Part shown: one piece after another, positions 1 to 10,771 of the stretch | How positions within the stretch are numbered: the stretch's first letter is position 1 | Layout of the letters: the number at the start of each line of letters is the position of its first letter | NCBI RefSeq assembly: GCF_964204645.1 | Contig: NC_134028.1 | Span: 19,901,245-19,965,244 of the forward strand | DNA from: Tubulanus polymorphus | Taxonomy: Eukaryota; Animalia; Nemertea | Reading direction: 5' to 3' | DNA length: 64,000 nucleotides | The notes under the pieces: generated by a model | Seen by the model: only the letters and a program-made list of their open reading frames with translations | Database searches by the model: none | Told to the model about the DNA's origin: nothing | Made by a program: the position numbers and the translations under genes

Positions 1-228
1 TGGCACGCTATACGCGTCACTCCATTGTCCATCACCAGAGTCCACATAAAATTCTCCAGTAATTACGTTGTCGAATTCGCAATTGAAATTTATGTGAACT
101 AACGCGACTTCCCAATTACCTTCTAGGTTAATCGTCCCTCTCAATTTAACTTTAAACTTTTCTTGAGAGTTTCCTGGAAATTCATCCACGCTTCCATCGC
201 TCAATAATGTTAGATAAAAGTCATGCAT
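1..228 (-). CDS. Polinton minor capsid protein (PX/penton), N-terminal part, runs off the window
   Basis: Manual translation from ATG 228: MHDFYLTLLSDGSVDEFPGNSQEKFKVKLRGTINLEGNWEVALVHINF, matching the FYLTL.S..S...FP.N....F.V.L...I.L.G.WEVAL pattern of Polinton minor capsids. Overlaps the integrase stop. Confidence 0.8.
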   Translation of the reverse strand, partial: MHDFYLTLLSDGSVDEFPGNSQEKFKVKLRGTINLEGNWEVALVHINFNCEFDNVITGEFYVDSGDGQWSDAYSVP

Positions 229-1315
229 TCTTCTTCTTTAGTTCTCGTGCCGGAATCCACGAATTGAATTTCGTCGGGTATCCCAACCACTTCACGAGCA
301 ACTCGCGGTTTCTTCCTCGACCGCGTCTTCTTATAATCTTCTCCACTCGGTAATCATCGTCGTTTTTAATTACTTTTTGTAATTCGTGACGATAGAATTG
401 TCCCTGAACCTGCTCACCCATTTGATCTATAACGTTATATGTCGGTGGGTTGTGCGGGATCTGTTTTGAAACCGAGAATATTTCGTGCGACCATCCGGGT
501 AAATAACCCTTGTCGAAATCTTTCTTATATCTTGTGATTCTGACGGTATCCCCAATGGAAAACTTGTACTGTTTGTTCATAAGAGACTCTTTTCCGTATA
601 GGTTTTCCCACACCAACTTCTCATTATTTTCACTAACTTGAGACGGGTTCATTTTTATCGACCTATGATACGAATTGTTGTAGGCATTTATAATCTTAGG
701 AAGAACATCTATATAGGTTTTCGTCTTGTACGCGGTCATATAGCGGAATAATCTTCCCTTTAACGTTCTGATGAATCGCTCGACAATACTACATTTCACT
801 GTATCCTCGCTCGTAAAGTGATGAATGTTATACTTCTTTGTTATCTTACTAAAATATGCATTCAAAAATTCTTTGCCCTTATCACTTTGAACTTTTTTCA
901 TACGACTTTTAATCGCTATACCTTCGAATGCGCTACTAACTTCTCCACCATTTTTCGACTTTAGGGGTATGGCGTAAGCGAATTTAGAAAAAACGTCGAT
1001 CGAAACCAGTAGATATTTAATTCCTTTATTATACTTAGATATATTCGATAAATCACACAAATCGATTTGATGCTGTTGATTGATACCGGATACTATTGTT
1101 CTATTCCTCTTGAAACGCACGCGAGTAGGACGATGAAGCGTATATGCCTCTTGCGATTTCAGAAAGTCTCTAATAACGTCTATACCAATTTCATTTCCGG
1201 ACAGCTTCGCGGTGCGATGTAATGCATTCAAACCACCGAATGCGCTTGGGTTTTCTGGGTTGTAGTACAGGTTGTTCAGTATCTTTTTCAAGTCCGAGGT
1301 CAGGCGAGTCGACAT
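221..1315 (-). CDS. Retroviral-like (RVE, DDE) integrase with C-terminal chromodomain
   Basis: YYNP..P..FGG start, QIDLCD, IDVFSKFAYA, QSDKGKEF, SIVERFIRTLK, YNNSYHRSI; chromodomain VEKIIRRR...LVKWLGYPTKFNSWI. Confidence 0.95.
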   Translation of the reverse strand: MSTRLTSDLKKILNNLYYNPENPSAFGGLNALHRTAKLSGNEIGIDVIRDFLKSQEAYTLHRPTRVRFKRNRTIVSGINQQHQIDLCDLSNISKYNKGIKYLLVSIDVFSKFAYAIPLKSKNGGEVSSAFEGIAIKSRMKKVQSDKGKEFLNAYFSKITKKYNIHHFTSEDTVKCSIVERFIRTLKGRLFRYMTAYKTKTYIDVLPKIINAYNNSYHRSIKMNPSQVSENNEKLVWENLYGKESLMNKQYKFSIGDTVRITRYKKDFDKGYLPGWSHEIFSVSKQIPHNPPTYNVIDQMGEQVQGQFYRHELQKVIKNDDDYRVEKIIRRRGRGRNRELLVKWLGYPTKFNSWIPARELKKKNA

Positions 1316-1425
1316 CGTCTTTCACTTTTGACTGTTGCACACAACACGAAATGTTGAATTTTTTACAATTAATGTTAATGAGCGATTGCGGTAAACAATC
1401 AGACTTCATCATTTCGTTATCCCGA

Positions 1426-1962
1426 TTATTCACACATATGCATATTGAACAACACATGCGGCAACACCGAAATCATCTGCTTTAAAGATTTACACCCGCT
1501 AATAATCACACATCCCTTATGTTGTATTATAAATGTAACATTTCCACAGCGAGATATGAGGCTGGGGGTGATCTCCGGATCATATCGTCCACCTAATAAC
1601 GTGTGTAGTTGGGATAAGTTAACTTTAATTCCCGTTCTCGCAACACCTGTCATTGTTTGAATTTTAAATTCTGTCAATCTAACGGCGGCAGTGGTATTAA
1701 TCTTTTGTATCAATCTAGCAAATCGTCGCACACTGGTATAACTCTCGCTGGATGACTTTGCTCCGTTACATACTATTCTCCCGCTTGCGAATAATAGACA
1801 CGTGCCCCTGATGCGCTTATTCCTAAGAATTAATGCGTTAAATTTACGAGGGTTGTACACTACGTTTGACATTGTCCTAGACAACTCCTCTAGATTGAGC
1901 TTACAATTAAGATTTGCAGTCGCTACTACATTAACAACGTCGATCATTTCTGATGTTACCAT
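1426..1962 (-). CDS. TATA-binding protein (TBP)-like core domain, intronless, Polinton-encoded
   Basis: Two TBP repeats: NVVATANLNCKLNLEEL..YNPRKFNALILR..LLFASGRIVCNGAKS and FKIQTMTG..VNLSQL..YDPEITPSLISR..IIQHKGCVIISGCKS. Confidence 0.9.
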   Translation of the reverse strand: MVTSEMIDVVNVVATANLNCKLNLEELSRTMSNVVYNPRKFNALILRNKRIRGTCLLFASGRIVCNGAKSSSESYTSVRRFARLIQKINTTAAVRLTEFKIQTMTGVARTGIKVNLSQLHTLLGGRYDPEITPSLISRCGNVTFIIQHKGCVIISGCKSLKQMISVLPHVLFNMHMCE

Positions 1963-2228
1963 TACGAGAACTAGATACTAAATGAACTTGGATAAAATGA
2001 GATAGAATCTAAATTTTCTCCATTCATTCTCTTTCAGATATAGATCACTCGACGACAACGACGACGACGACGTATATTAGAATTTCAAACTTACATTAGA
2101 TTCATCAAAACGTATCAAGACAATCGAATAAAAAAGGTAATCCGATGATAAATTAGCTTTATCATTATTATTATTATTACTATTATTATTATCATTATAT
2201 TCTACAAATACACTAAACAAAAATATGT

Positions 2229-2966
2229 TCACATATAAATCCAATTTTCGAAATCTATATCTTTAGAATTTTTAGATGGCGTAGTCATCCTCCTCCTCTT
2301 CGTCATCTTTGCTTCGAATTCATTCTTAACGTTCGGGCGATTGTTAATTAATTTATTTCTAACGAATTTATTCGGGATAAACGTCTGTGGAACGGACATA
2401 TCTTGTAATGCCTTGATGAAATCGTCGAGTCCGTTCATTTGTTGAGACTTGTTAGGTGTCATGCAGAGATTGATTAAATCGACGATATTACTATCATCTC
2501 TTTTGACTCCTTTTACTATTATCTCCCCCTTATCGGTCCATGACAATATTTCGGAATATCGCTTTATTCGCTCCAATAACATTTCCGATTTCTTTCTATA
2601 GTTTTTCGGTACGTTATTCAAAATTTCCTGGTCGAATTCACTTTTAGTTTCGGTAGTTCGTTTTAAATCACGATCGGTATTCAATGCACTGCTTTTACTT
2701 ACTATGTTAGAATTAGTGATCGTCGACTCCTTTGAATGTTTTTCGATTTGCATTAGTTTATTCAACGCGTCGTTATACATCTTCAATTTCACGTCGTCCT
2801 TCACATCATTATCCATTTGAAGGATATCGGACATTTGACTTTCTATATTTTTCACGCGATTCGTTTCACCACTCGAAGATTCTCGCTTGTCATCGGTTGA
2901 TGTGATTTTTTCAATCATGGGAATAAATGATCCCGGAACAACGTAAAGTTTTTCAACGTTCTTCAT
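2229..2966 (-). CDS. Conserved Polinton hypothetical protein
   Basis: 245 aa ORF in the core gene block; W...GEII..G.....SNI.DLI motif recalled from Polinton proteins; 4-nt overlap with the upstream ORF. Confidence 0.6.
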   Translation of the reverse strand: MKNVEKLYVVPGSFIPMIEKITSTDDKRESSSGETNRVKNIESQMSDILQMDNDVKDDVKLKMYNDALNKLMQIEKHSKESTITNSNIVSKSSALNTDRDLKRTTETKSEFDQEILNNVPKNYRKKSEMLLERIKRYSEILSWTDKGEIIVKGVKRDDSNIVDLINLCMTPNKSQQMNGLDDFIKALQDMSVPQTFIPNKFVRNKLINNRPNVKNEFEAKMTKRRRMTTPSKNSKDIDFENWIYM

Positions 2967-3289
2967 TCCATAAACCCGAGTAGTCGACCGATTCCTTTCA
3001 GTATCAGTCCAAGGAAACCGCCTTTTTGCACGATTAATGATTTTTTCGATTTAATCGGTACTCGTCTATTAGCGAGAATTCGAATCCACTTCTTATGTCG
3101 CTTCAATTTCTTTTTATCCGATTCGCTGTGTTTGATATTCCCTCTTAATGAATTTATACAGACTTCGCAAATAACTTTCACTAATCTGTTCGACGATGAT
3201 GACAGAATCGCATCGCGCATATTTTTCTTTCCATCGCATAAAAGTCTTAAGTGAGGAGCGAATTCCTTCAAATGCAAGTGGTTCCTCAT
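2963..3289 (-). CDS. Small basic Polinton core-like protein with putative adenain-type cleavage site
   Basis: K/R-rich 108 aa; ICEVCINSLRGNI; C-terminal QKGG|FLG glycine-glycine site; directly downstream of the ATPase. Confidence 0.65.
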   Translation of the reverse strand: MRNHLHLKEFAPHLRLLCDGKKNMRDAILSSSSNRLVKVICEVCINSLRGNIKHSESDKKKLKRHKKWIRILANRRVPIKSKKSLIVQKGGFLGLILKGIGRLLGFME

Positions 3290-3322
3290 TTTATCAATTG
3301 ACGATGTTCGCGTGAAATTACA

Positions 3323-3970
3323 TTATTTAATACTTTTTATCTTATAATAAATATGATATCCCTCGCTGGGAAATATTCGTGTGCGTAATCTCCATTTGTC
3401 CGACGTTTGTGGTTTGAAATCACAAAATAGATATCCACGCGGTGAAATTGAGGTCGCATCTGTAAACGCCTCCTCGAGCGATTTACCTAACCCGGACTGC
3501 ATCGCTAAAGTCTTTACTTGGAGTCGATCCCTCGGATGCTTGAATAGAACTATATAATGCGTGTTTAACGATATTGTCCGAAAATGAGGTCCTCTCGGGA
3601 AAAGGGTTTGCGATATTAGAATCACTTGAAGTTTTCTATGATGACTACCACGTGTAAAAATGGTCTCCAATAATTTGGGGTCGCACTCGTTCAATACATC
3701 ATCCAAAATAAGTAGTTTTGTTGTCTCTGAACCTGACAAACTTTCGTACAATTCCTCTGTTAAACCCTTAATAAACTCAACTCCCTCTGTATCGTGATAG
3801 ATTTCCTGATCTTCGGCGTACACCCAAACTATACGATCGGGAAATGGATCGAACATTCTTTCTTCAATCAATCTTTTAGTAAAGACTGTCTTCCCGATAC
3901 CAGTCATTCCATTGATAATCGACGTGAACCATCCTTGCAATTTAGTCGGCGGTAAATCAGCTATTTCCAT
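3323..3970 (-). CDS. A32/FtsK-like genome packaging ATPase
   Basis: Walker A GMTGIGKT, Walker B LLILDD, FTRGSHH, ILISQ, RTISLNTHYIVLFK. Confidence 0.95.
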   Translation of the reverse strand: MEIADLPPTKLQGWFTSIINGMTGIGKTVFTKRLIEERMFDPFPDRIVWVYAEDQEIYHDTEGVEFIKGLTEELYESLSGSETTKLLILDDVLNECDPKLLETIFTRGSHHRKLQVILISQTLFPRGPHFRTISLNTHYIVLFKHPRDRLQVKTLAMQSGLGKSLEEAFTDATSISPRGYLFCDFKPQTSDKWRLRTRIFPSEGYHIYYKIKSIK

Positions 3971-4092
3971 TGCCCCCTTTTACCACAGATTAACAGAATC
4001 AAAATTAACAGCGATCTATCCAAAACACGTTCATTTTAAAGATTATTATCCACACATTATATTTATTTCTGTCTTCCTTTCTTTTTCTTTAG

Positions 4093-4631
4093 ATGGCACA
4101 GAAACAAGTATCAGAACGACTCAGCTTTGGACCAGTCGCCCTACCCAAGCGGTATGGGTGCACAATGTGCGAGCTGGTGTTCGCACACGCCAGCTCGAGA
4201 TCCCGGCACATTAACCGGGTGCACAAAAAGAGTAAACCGCTTTGTGCCAAATGCGGGGAGGGGTTTAGCACGACGGCCTACCGGGACAGGCACCAATCAC
4301 GTTGTGCGAGACCCCTCCCAATCCCAGCGGCACGACGGCGACTGGTCCTTGAAGCACCGGCACCGCCAGCAGCAGCAGTAGGGGCGCCGCCAGCAGCAGC
4401 AGTGCCAGCAGCAGCAGTAGGGGCGCCGCCAGCAGCATCAGTGCCAGCAGCAGCAGTGCCAGCAGCAGTATTGCCAGCAGCAGCAGTAGGGGCGCCACCA
4501 GCAGCATCAGTGCCAGCAGCAGTATTGCCAGCAGCAGCAGTAGGGGCCCCACCAGCAGCAGCAGCAGTGCCAGCAGCAGTGCCAGCAGTAGTAGGGGCAC
4601 CACCAGCAGCAGCAGGGGCACCACCAGCAGC

Positions 4632-4666
<35 letters not shown>

Positions 4667-7600
4667 GGGCACCACTGGAATGGGAATGGGAAGAGTTACC
4701 GGATCTTGATGAGGAAACTCTTGCCCTCATCGGGATCCGGCAAGGTGGCGCCTTAGAGGGGTATGTACGAAAATACGAGTTCCCATCCACTGAAAACAAC
4801 AAGTTTGATTTGATTAAATTTTATAACGATATCAAACCGCATCTCATCCGACTGCTTAAAGATGATTTAAGTAGATTGGGTGGGATAAAATGGTTTACCA
4901 GCATTCATATAATTTTAGAAAAAGATATCGATGGTGTCCATCAACAAAGGACTGTGTATTTTACTAGCCACACTCGAAGTGCTTTCAATGGTGAACAATT
5001 TGACGAGCTCTTGGATCAGGCTAAGAATAAAATGATCCAATTATTGGAACAATACAATACTGAGGGTACTGGTTGGAGGTTTGATTATGTCGAAGTGTTC
5101 GATCTACACGTCGGCATATATGAACCATTAGGTGGAGGTTCGTATATACCCTCTCCTCGTGTAATCGTTTCACGAGGAGGGGTTATAAATATCCAAAATT
5201 TCGACAATATGTGCTTTCTTTGGTCTATACTCGCCCACCTCCACCGAATGGACACGAACCCCCAACGAGTATCTAAGTATTTACGGTACAGAGACGAATT
5301 GAATATGAACAATATCAATTATCCAGTAACCGTAGAACAAATACCCATTTTCGAACAGCAAAACGATATATCAGTTAACGTATTTGCCTATGAGGATGGA
5401 AATATTTTTGTTCGTCGTTTGAGTGATAATCCACGCGCAAATCATGTTAATTTATTATTACTAGTTGATAACGATAACGCCCATTATTGTTTGATAAATG
5501 ACCTTAGTAAATTCCTTTTCCATCTAAACAAAAAGAAAGCCAAATGTTTTTGGTGTTTTAAGTGCATGCACTCTTTTTTATCGCAAGAAAATCTTGATGT
5601 TCATACTCGGTACTGTATTCAAGGAATACAAAAGACAATCATGCCACCGACAGATGAGAATGTCTTGAAATTTGTTAATGTCACAAAACAGCACAAACTG
5701 CCATATGTGATATATGCTGACTTCGAAATGTTTTTAGAACCGATTGAGGGGTGTAAATTGAACCAGAATCAATCTTGGACATATCGTTATCAGGTTCATG
5801 AACCGTGTGGATTTTGTTTTAAAGTCGTTGGCCCTGACACCAGACATTCCCATCCGACAGTCCTTTATAGAGGAGACGATGTTATGAAGAAATTCTTAAC
5901 ATCCCTCCTCGAAAAAGCAGAGGAAATATTACAGGAATACAAAAATCCTCAACCTTTGGTTATGAACGACGTCGATGAAACACACTTCAAATCAACTGAT
6001 ATTTGTCATATATGTAAGGAAACCATAAATGGTAAGAAATGTCGGGATCACGATCATATAACCGGCAAATACAGAGGCCCAGCTTGTAATTCATGTAATC
6101 TGAGTTATAGGGTTCCTAATTTCATACCTGTGATATTTCATAACTTGAAAAGTTATGACAGTCATGAAATTATTAGATCATTGGGCTTGGTTGAATTTAG
6201 GGGGTATAGAATTTCAGTGATCCCGACGAACACTGAAAAGTTTATCGGATTTACACTTGGTCCCCTACGCTTCATCGACTCGTTGGCATTTCTCAATACC
6301 TCTCTCAGTACTCTTACGGAAAATTTGGTCAATTCGGGTAGAGAGAAATTCATTCATTTAAACTCGGAGTTCCCCGCCAATAAACTTGATCTTTTATTAC
6401 GTAAAGGTGTTTACCCATACGACTACATGACAGGTTCGGAGAAATTTAATGAGACAAGTCTCCCTCCTAAGGAGGCATTTACCAACACCCTGACGAACAC
6501 TGAAATTTCGGTAGATGACTACAAACATGCACAGAATATTTGGTCGCAGTTTAACATGGCAAACATGGGCGAGTATCACGATCTCTATCTTAGAACCGAC
6601 GTATTGCTACTTTCAGATATTTTCGAGGAATTCCGCAAGTTCGCTCATAAGAGCTACGGATTAGATCCTTGTCATTACTACACTCTACCCGGCTACTCAT
6701 GGGATGCCTGCTTGAAACTGACAAAAGTCGAACTTCAATTGTTCACTGAAGTCGATATGTATTTGTTCATAGAACAGGGGATACGCGGCGGAATATCTGT
6801 TATTACCCATCGATATTTCGAGGCTAATAACAAGTATTTCGCCGATTACGACGAGGCCAAGGAGTCATCTTATATCATGTATTTAGATGCTAATAATCTG
6901 TATGGGTGGGCAATGTCTCAGGCATTGCCTGTTGGTGAATTTAGGTGGTTAGAAACAGAAAACGATCCCCTTTGGCCCGACGCTCAGGATATTTTAACGA
7001 TGACGGACGACGCCCATTTCGGCATGATACTCGAAGTGGACCTTGAATACGGTGCCGAGTTACACGATCTACATAACGATTTACCGTTAGCTCCGGAGCG
7101 CATGTTAGTCAACGAAGATTTAATGTTATCTCCGTATCAAAAGCTTCTATTTCAGACTTTGAAACTATCGTCCAGCAAGATACACAAGCTTATCCCTAAT
7201 CTTTACAATAAAACTCGGTATATTGTTCATTATAGGAATTTGAGGCTTTACATGAAACTTGGTATGAAATTAACAAAGATTCATCGTGTTCTCCATTTTC
7301 GACAATCAGCCTGGATGTCACCGTACATTGCTTTGAATACCGAATTCCGAAAAAATGCGAAATCCAATTTTGAGAAAGATATGTACAAATTACTGAATAA
7401 TGCAAGTTTTGGCAAGACAATGGAGAACATTAGGAATCGAATCAACTACCAAATTATTAACGAACCGGGGAAATTGAGAAAAGCTCTAGCGAAGCCATCT
7501 ACGATTTCATGGAACATTATTTCGGAGAATGTTGTGGGGGTAAAAAAACAGCAGATTTCGATCAAGTTGGATAAGCCTGTGTATCTTGGCTTTTCAATTT

Positions 7601-8193
7601 TAGACATAAGCAAAACGTTAATGTATGATTTTCATTATAACACCATCAAGGCAGGATACGGGGATAACGCTAAACTTCTTTTTACAGATACGGATAGTTT
7701 AACGTACGCTATTCGCAGCAACGATTTGTACACGGATATGGCGGGGATTTCCGACCAGTTCGACTTTTCAGCCTATCCCACCGGCCATCCTTTATTCTCG
7801 GACAAAAATAAGAAAGTACTAGGCAAATTTAAGGATGAGACCAATTCTTTTCCCGTTAAAGTGTTCTGCGGTTTACGGAGTAAGATGTATTCAATGACAT
7901 ATCTTTCTCCGGATAACAACGGAACACTTGTGGAAAAGAAAACTGCAAAAGGTGTTGCGAAGTACGTCGTTAAGCAGTCCGTATCCCATAATAACTACGT
8001 TGATTGCTTGCGTAATCAATCACGTATGATGGCTAACATGCGGTCTATCCGGAGCTTCAATCATAAGTTACATTCAGTTAATTTAAATAAAGTCGGATTA
8101 TCACCATACGACGACAAACGTTATATACTAGATGATGGTGTAAGCACATATGCTTATGGTCATCATAAAATTCCGGAGATAAATCATCATTAA
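4093..8193 (+). CDS. Protein-primed family B DNA polymerase with N-terminal zinc fingers, vOTU-like region and EndoVII-like insert
   Basis: Exonuclease YADFE and FHNLKSYDSH; polymerase YLDANNLYGWAM, KLLNNASFGK, FTDTDS; CHIC..RDHDHITGKYRGPACNSCN HNH/EndoVII insert; DNMCF..HYCLI pair; 1366 aa uninterrupted. Confidence 0.97.
4360..4675 (+). repeat. GCA-based imperfect tandem repeat encoding an Ala/Pro linker in pPolB
   Basis: Repeated GTGCCAGCAGCAGCA and GTAGGGGCGCCGCCAGCAGCA units (VPAAA, VGAPPAA). Confidence 0.9.
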
Positions 8194-8640
8194 AAGAACA
8201 AGTCGTTATACTTAATATATATTTGCATATCTTTATTTATTCATAGTTATAAACATTGATTTATTTACACTCACTTATACATGCGTTTATGTTTTCAGTT
8301 TTACTTTAAACTATTTAACTAATATATATATATTTATTTATTTATCTATTTATTTAAGATTATATGAAAGTTGGTAAACCATTGGTTTAATATCGTTATA
8401 AGTGTTTTCTATATTTCTTTTTATTTCAGGGATGGGATCTAACTCGTACCCCCTCTAAGCGCACCTTTTCCCGTTTTTTTTTTTTTTTTCCTTTTCTACT
8501 TTTTTATGCCAATTTCCCTATAATTCATTTTTAAAATAAATAAAGAAAAAACCAGCATTTGATTATTAACATAATTCATGACTTTAGTTTTTGATATTTA
8601 TCTATATATGGATTGAGGATACAGGAGATACATATATTCA

Positions 8641-9491
8641 TTAATCATCGATTTGGAATACAGGATGAGGATTACAGTAAACACACTGGAGAGCACCCAT
8701 CTGATTCTGATGATCATCATTGAACATACACGCTTTCATCCCAACGAGTTCAGGTTCCAAATCAACGAAAGAAATATTCATCAGTTTCTCCCACTGTTTT
8801 TCAGATAGTTCTATCCCGGTTTTCGTATGAACTCGTTGTTCCGTTGCAGCTATATAACAAAAATATCTAATGTCGATTATAACCTTATTGAAACGTTTGA
8901 ACACGGTCACGTATCGGTTCCTACCGACGTGTAATCGAAAATCCTCTATGATATTATTGTTATTGTTGCTTTCATTAAACGAATTGATGGCGGAATTTAT
9001 GGAATCTCTATGCCAGTCGAGATTAGCCCATTCTTGCAGGTGTAGGCTAATGCCGCGTTTCGTTGGAAATAATCGAAGGTCATCACTGAGTTCATAAGTT
9101 CGTATGTCAACACGTTTAACATCCTGCCACTCGCTGACACACGCAAACACTAAATTGCCCAGATAATGACGTTTCACATCCGCTTTCGCATAGACGTATT
9201 CTTCTTTAGACTCACTCAGTTTTATATCCGTTTGTACACAAGCATTCTCTTTAACAACCGTATCTATGACAAAAGAAAAGATAATATGGTTACATTACAA
9301 GTGAAACAATAAATAACTCAAAGGAGGAGAGGATGTTTTACAAACAAACAAATTAATTACACATACATACCAGGCTTAGCAGCGTTAATATCTAGCTTTA
9401 AATTCTTGAAATTCAGTCTTCGAGGTCTCTTTTTTGGAGCATCAGGTTCAGACATGTTTCGTTTCAACACGGGAGTTGTGTGCGTATCCAT
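8641..9491 (-). CDS. Spliced tandem-PC4 (p15/SUB1-like ssDNA-binding) protein; exons 9491-9371 and 9263-8641, about 247 aa
   Basis: Two PC4-like units (VSEWQDVKRVDIRTY..PTKRGISL..EW and VTVFKRFNKVIIDIRYF..TKTGIELSEKQW). A GTATGT...CTTTTGTCATAG phase-1 intron of 107 nt joins MDTHTTPVLKRNMSEPDAPKKRPRR in frame. Confidence 0.8.
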
Positions 9492-9530
9492 GATCAACTC
9501 AACGAATGAAATCACCTTTGGAGAACACAC

Positions 9531-9553
9531 GTTATATACCCCTCATGACGTCA
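9531..9553 (-). promoter_or_regulatory. Putative Pol II promoter of the PC4-like gene (CRE plus TATA)
   Basis: TGACGTCA at 9546-9553 and TATATAAC at 9538-9531, about 40 nt upstream of ATG 9491. Confidence 0.5.
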
Positions 9554-9669
9554 GATATTTTTCAGAACGAGGATCGTAATCATCGAAACAATTGATAATT
9601 TGCATATGTTTATATTCATTCAGATCTAACCATATTCAAATGATCTCGTTTTTAAATTTCACACACACC

Positions 9670-10111
9670 AGCTCAATAGATTACCATAAAAACCGGTAAC
9701 TAAATACCTAACTCAATAGTTAACCCACATTAGCTCCATATAACACATAGACATTAGCCCGATAACTAGTTCACATTAGCTCGGTATTAACATTCATTCA
9801 CTCACATTAGCTCAATGTTAGCTCAGATTAGCTCAGATGTTAACCGACATTAGCTCAAATTAGCTCAGATGTTAACCGATATTAGCTCACATTAGCTCAA
9901 CAGTTTGCTCAGATTAGCTCAGATGTTAACCAACATTAGCTCAGATTAGCTCAAAAGTTTGCTCAGATGTTAACCGACATTAGCTCAGATTAGCTCAAAA
10001 GTTAGCTCAGATTAGCTCAAAAGTTAGCTTACATTAGCTCAAAGTTAGCTCACATTAGCACAGTTAGCCCAAAAGTTAGCTGTGCCAGAACCCCCCTCTG
10101 ACTATACTACT
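9670..10111. repeat. Polinton terminal inverted repeat region with tandem TTAGCTC(A) units
   Basis: Dozens of 10-11 nt units such as ATTAGCTCAG, GTTAGCTCAA and GTTAACCGAC, ending in GACTATACTACT. Confidence 0.8.
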
Positions 10112-10124
10112 GCTGAGTATTTCA

Positions 10125-10205
10125 TAGTAGAGTATAGTATAGTATAGTAGTTTACTTGTCACCATCAATATGTAGAAAATGAATACCTTAAAACAAAATA
10201 GGTTA
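10125..10205 (-). repeat. Dispersed repeat, probable non-LTR retroelement 3-prime end with (CTATA)n tail
   Basis: Reverse complement matches 30475-30544 (ACATATTGATGGTGACAA.TAAACTACTATACTATACT). Confidence 0.5.
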
Positions 10206-10771
10206 CAGACATTGAAGTGACAGGAGTCCGAGTAGAGCAATAAAGGCTGTATTTAAAAGGATGTTCAGGCACCTCGACATAAAAACGAACAAATAAAATA
10301 AAAGAAATGAAAAGGGATGAAACGATGAAAAATGAAGATAAATTTATGTCATGCAGAAGTCTCTCTGAATGAAAATATATTTTAAAGTGTACATCAATCA
10401 AGCAGCTTACTACTTACGAGGGTGCTGATAGTTGGGGCGGATTTAAAGTGCAGGTTGGCTTTGCCAAATTGAAGGAACTTTACAGAGGAACGGCTTATTG
10501 AAAATGCTAGTTTCGCGGGCCTAGATTCTGGGGTGGTTTCGAGCTCTGGTATTATATCTGTGATTAAATGAATTCCAATTAAATATATTTAGAATTTGTT
10601 GCGGAAGTTAGCTATTCACAAATCCGTATGCAAGTTTGATAAGTTCCAAGTTTATCATATCTTCGAATTTCGGAATCTGGATCTTTTTACAAAGAGGCAT
10701 CTCATTAGTTTAAGGGTTTATTAGAGGGTATTAAAAACGATCCAATTGCTCACAACCATAAAAAAACTCAC

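Larger units (their letters stand above)
1..10111. mobile_element. Polinton/Maverick (polintovirus), right arm; continues beyond the left edge of the window
   Basis: Compact cluster of pPolB, A32-like ATPase, RVE integrase, minor capsid and core protein. Tandem-repeat terminal region ends in ACTACT (AGTAGT on minus) at 10111. Candidate TSD GCTGAG (10112-10117) cannot be confirmed because the other end is absent. Confidence 0.95.

Noticed and set aside
4265-4802. Leu-rich and Ala/Gly-rich minus-strand ORFs
   Set aside because: Shadows of the GCA repeat inside pPolB
9670-10080. Repeat array superficially like CRISPR or telomeric repeats
   Set aside because: No unique spacers, no cas genes, eukaryotic context; lies in the Polinton terminus and the unit is not TTAGGG
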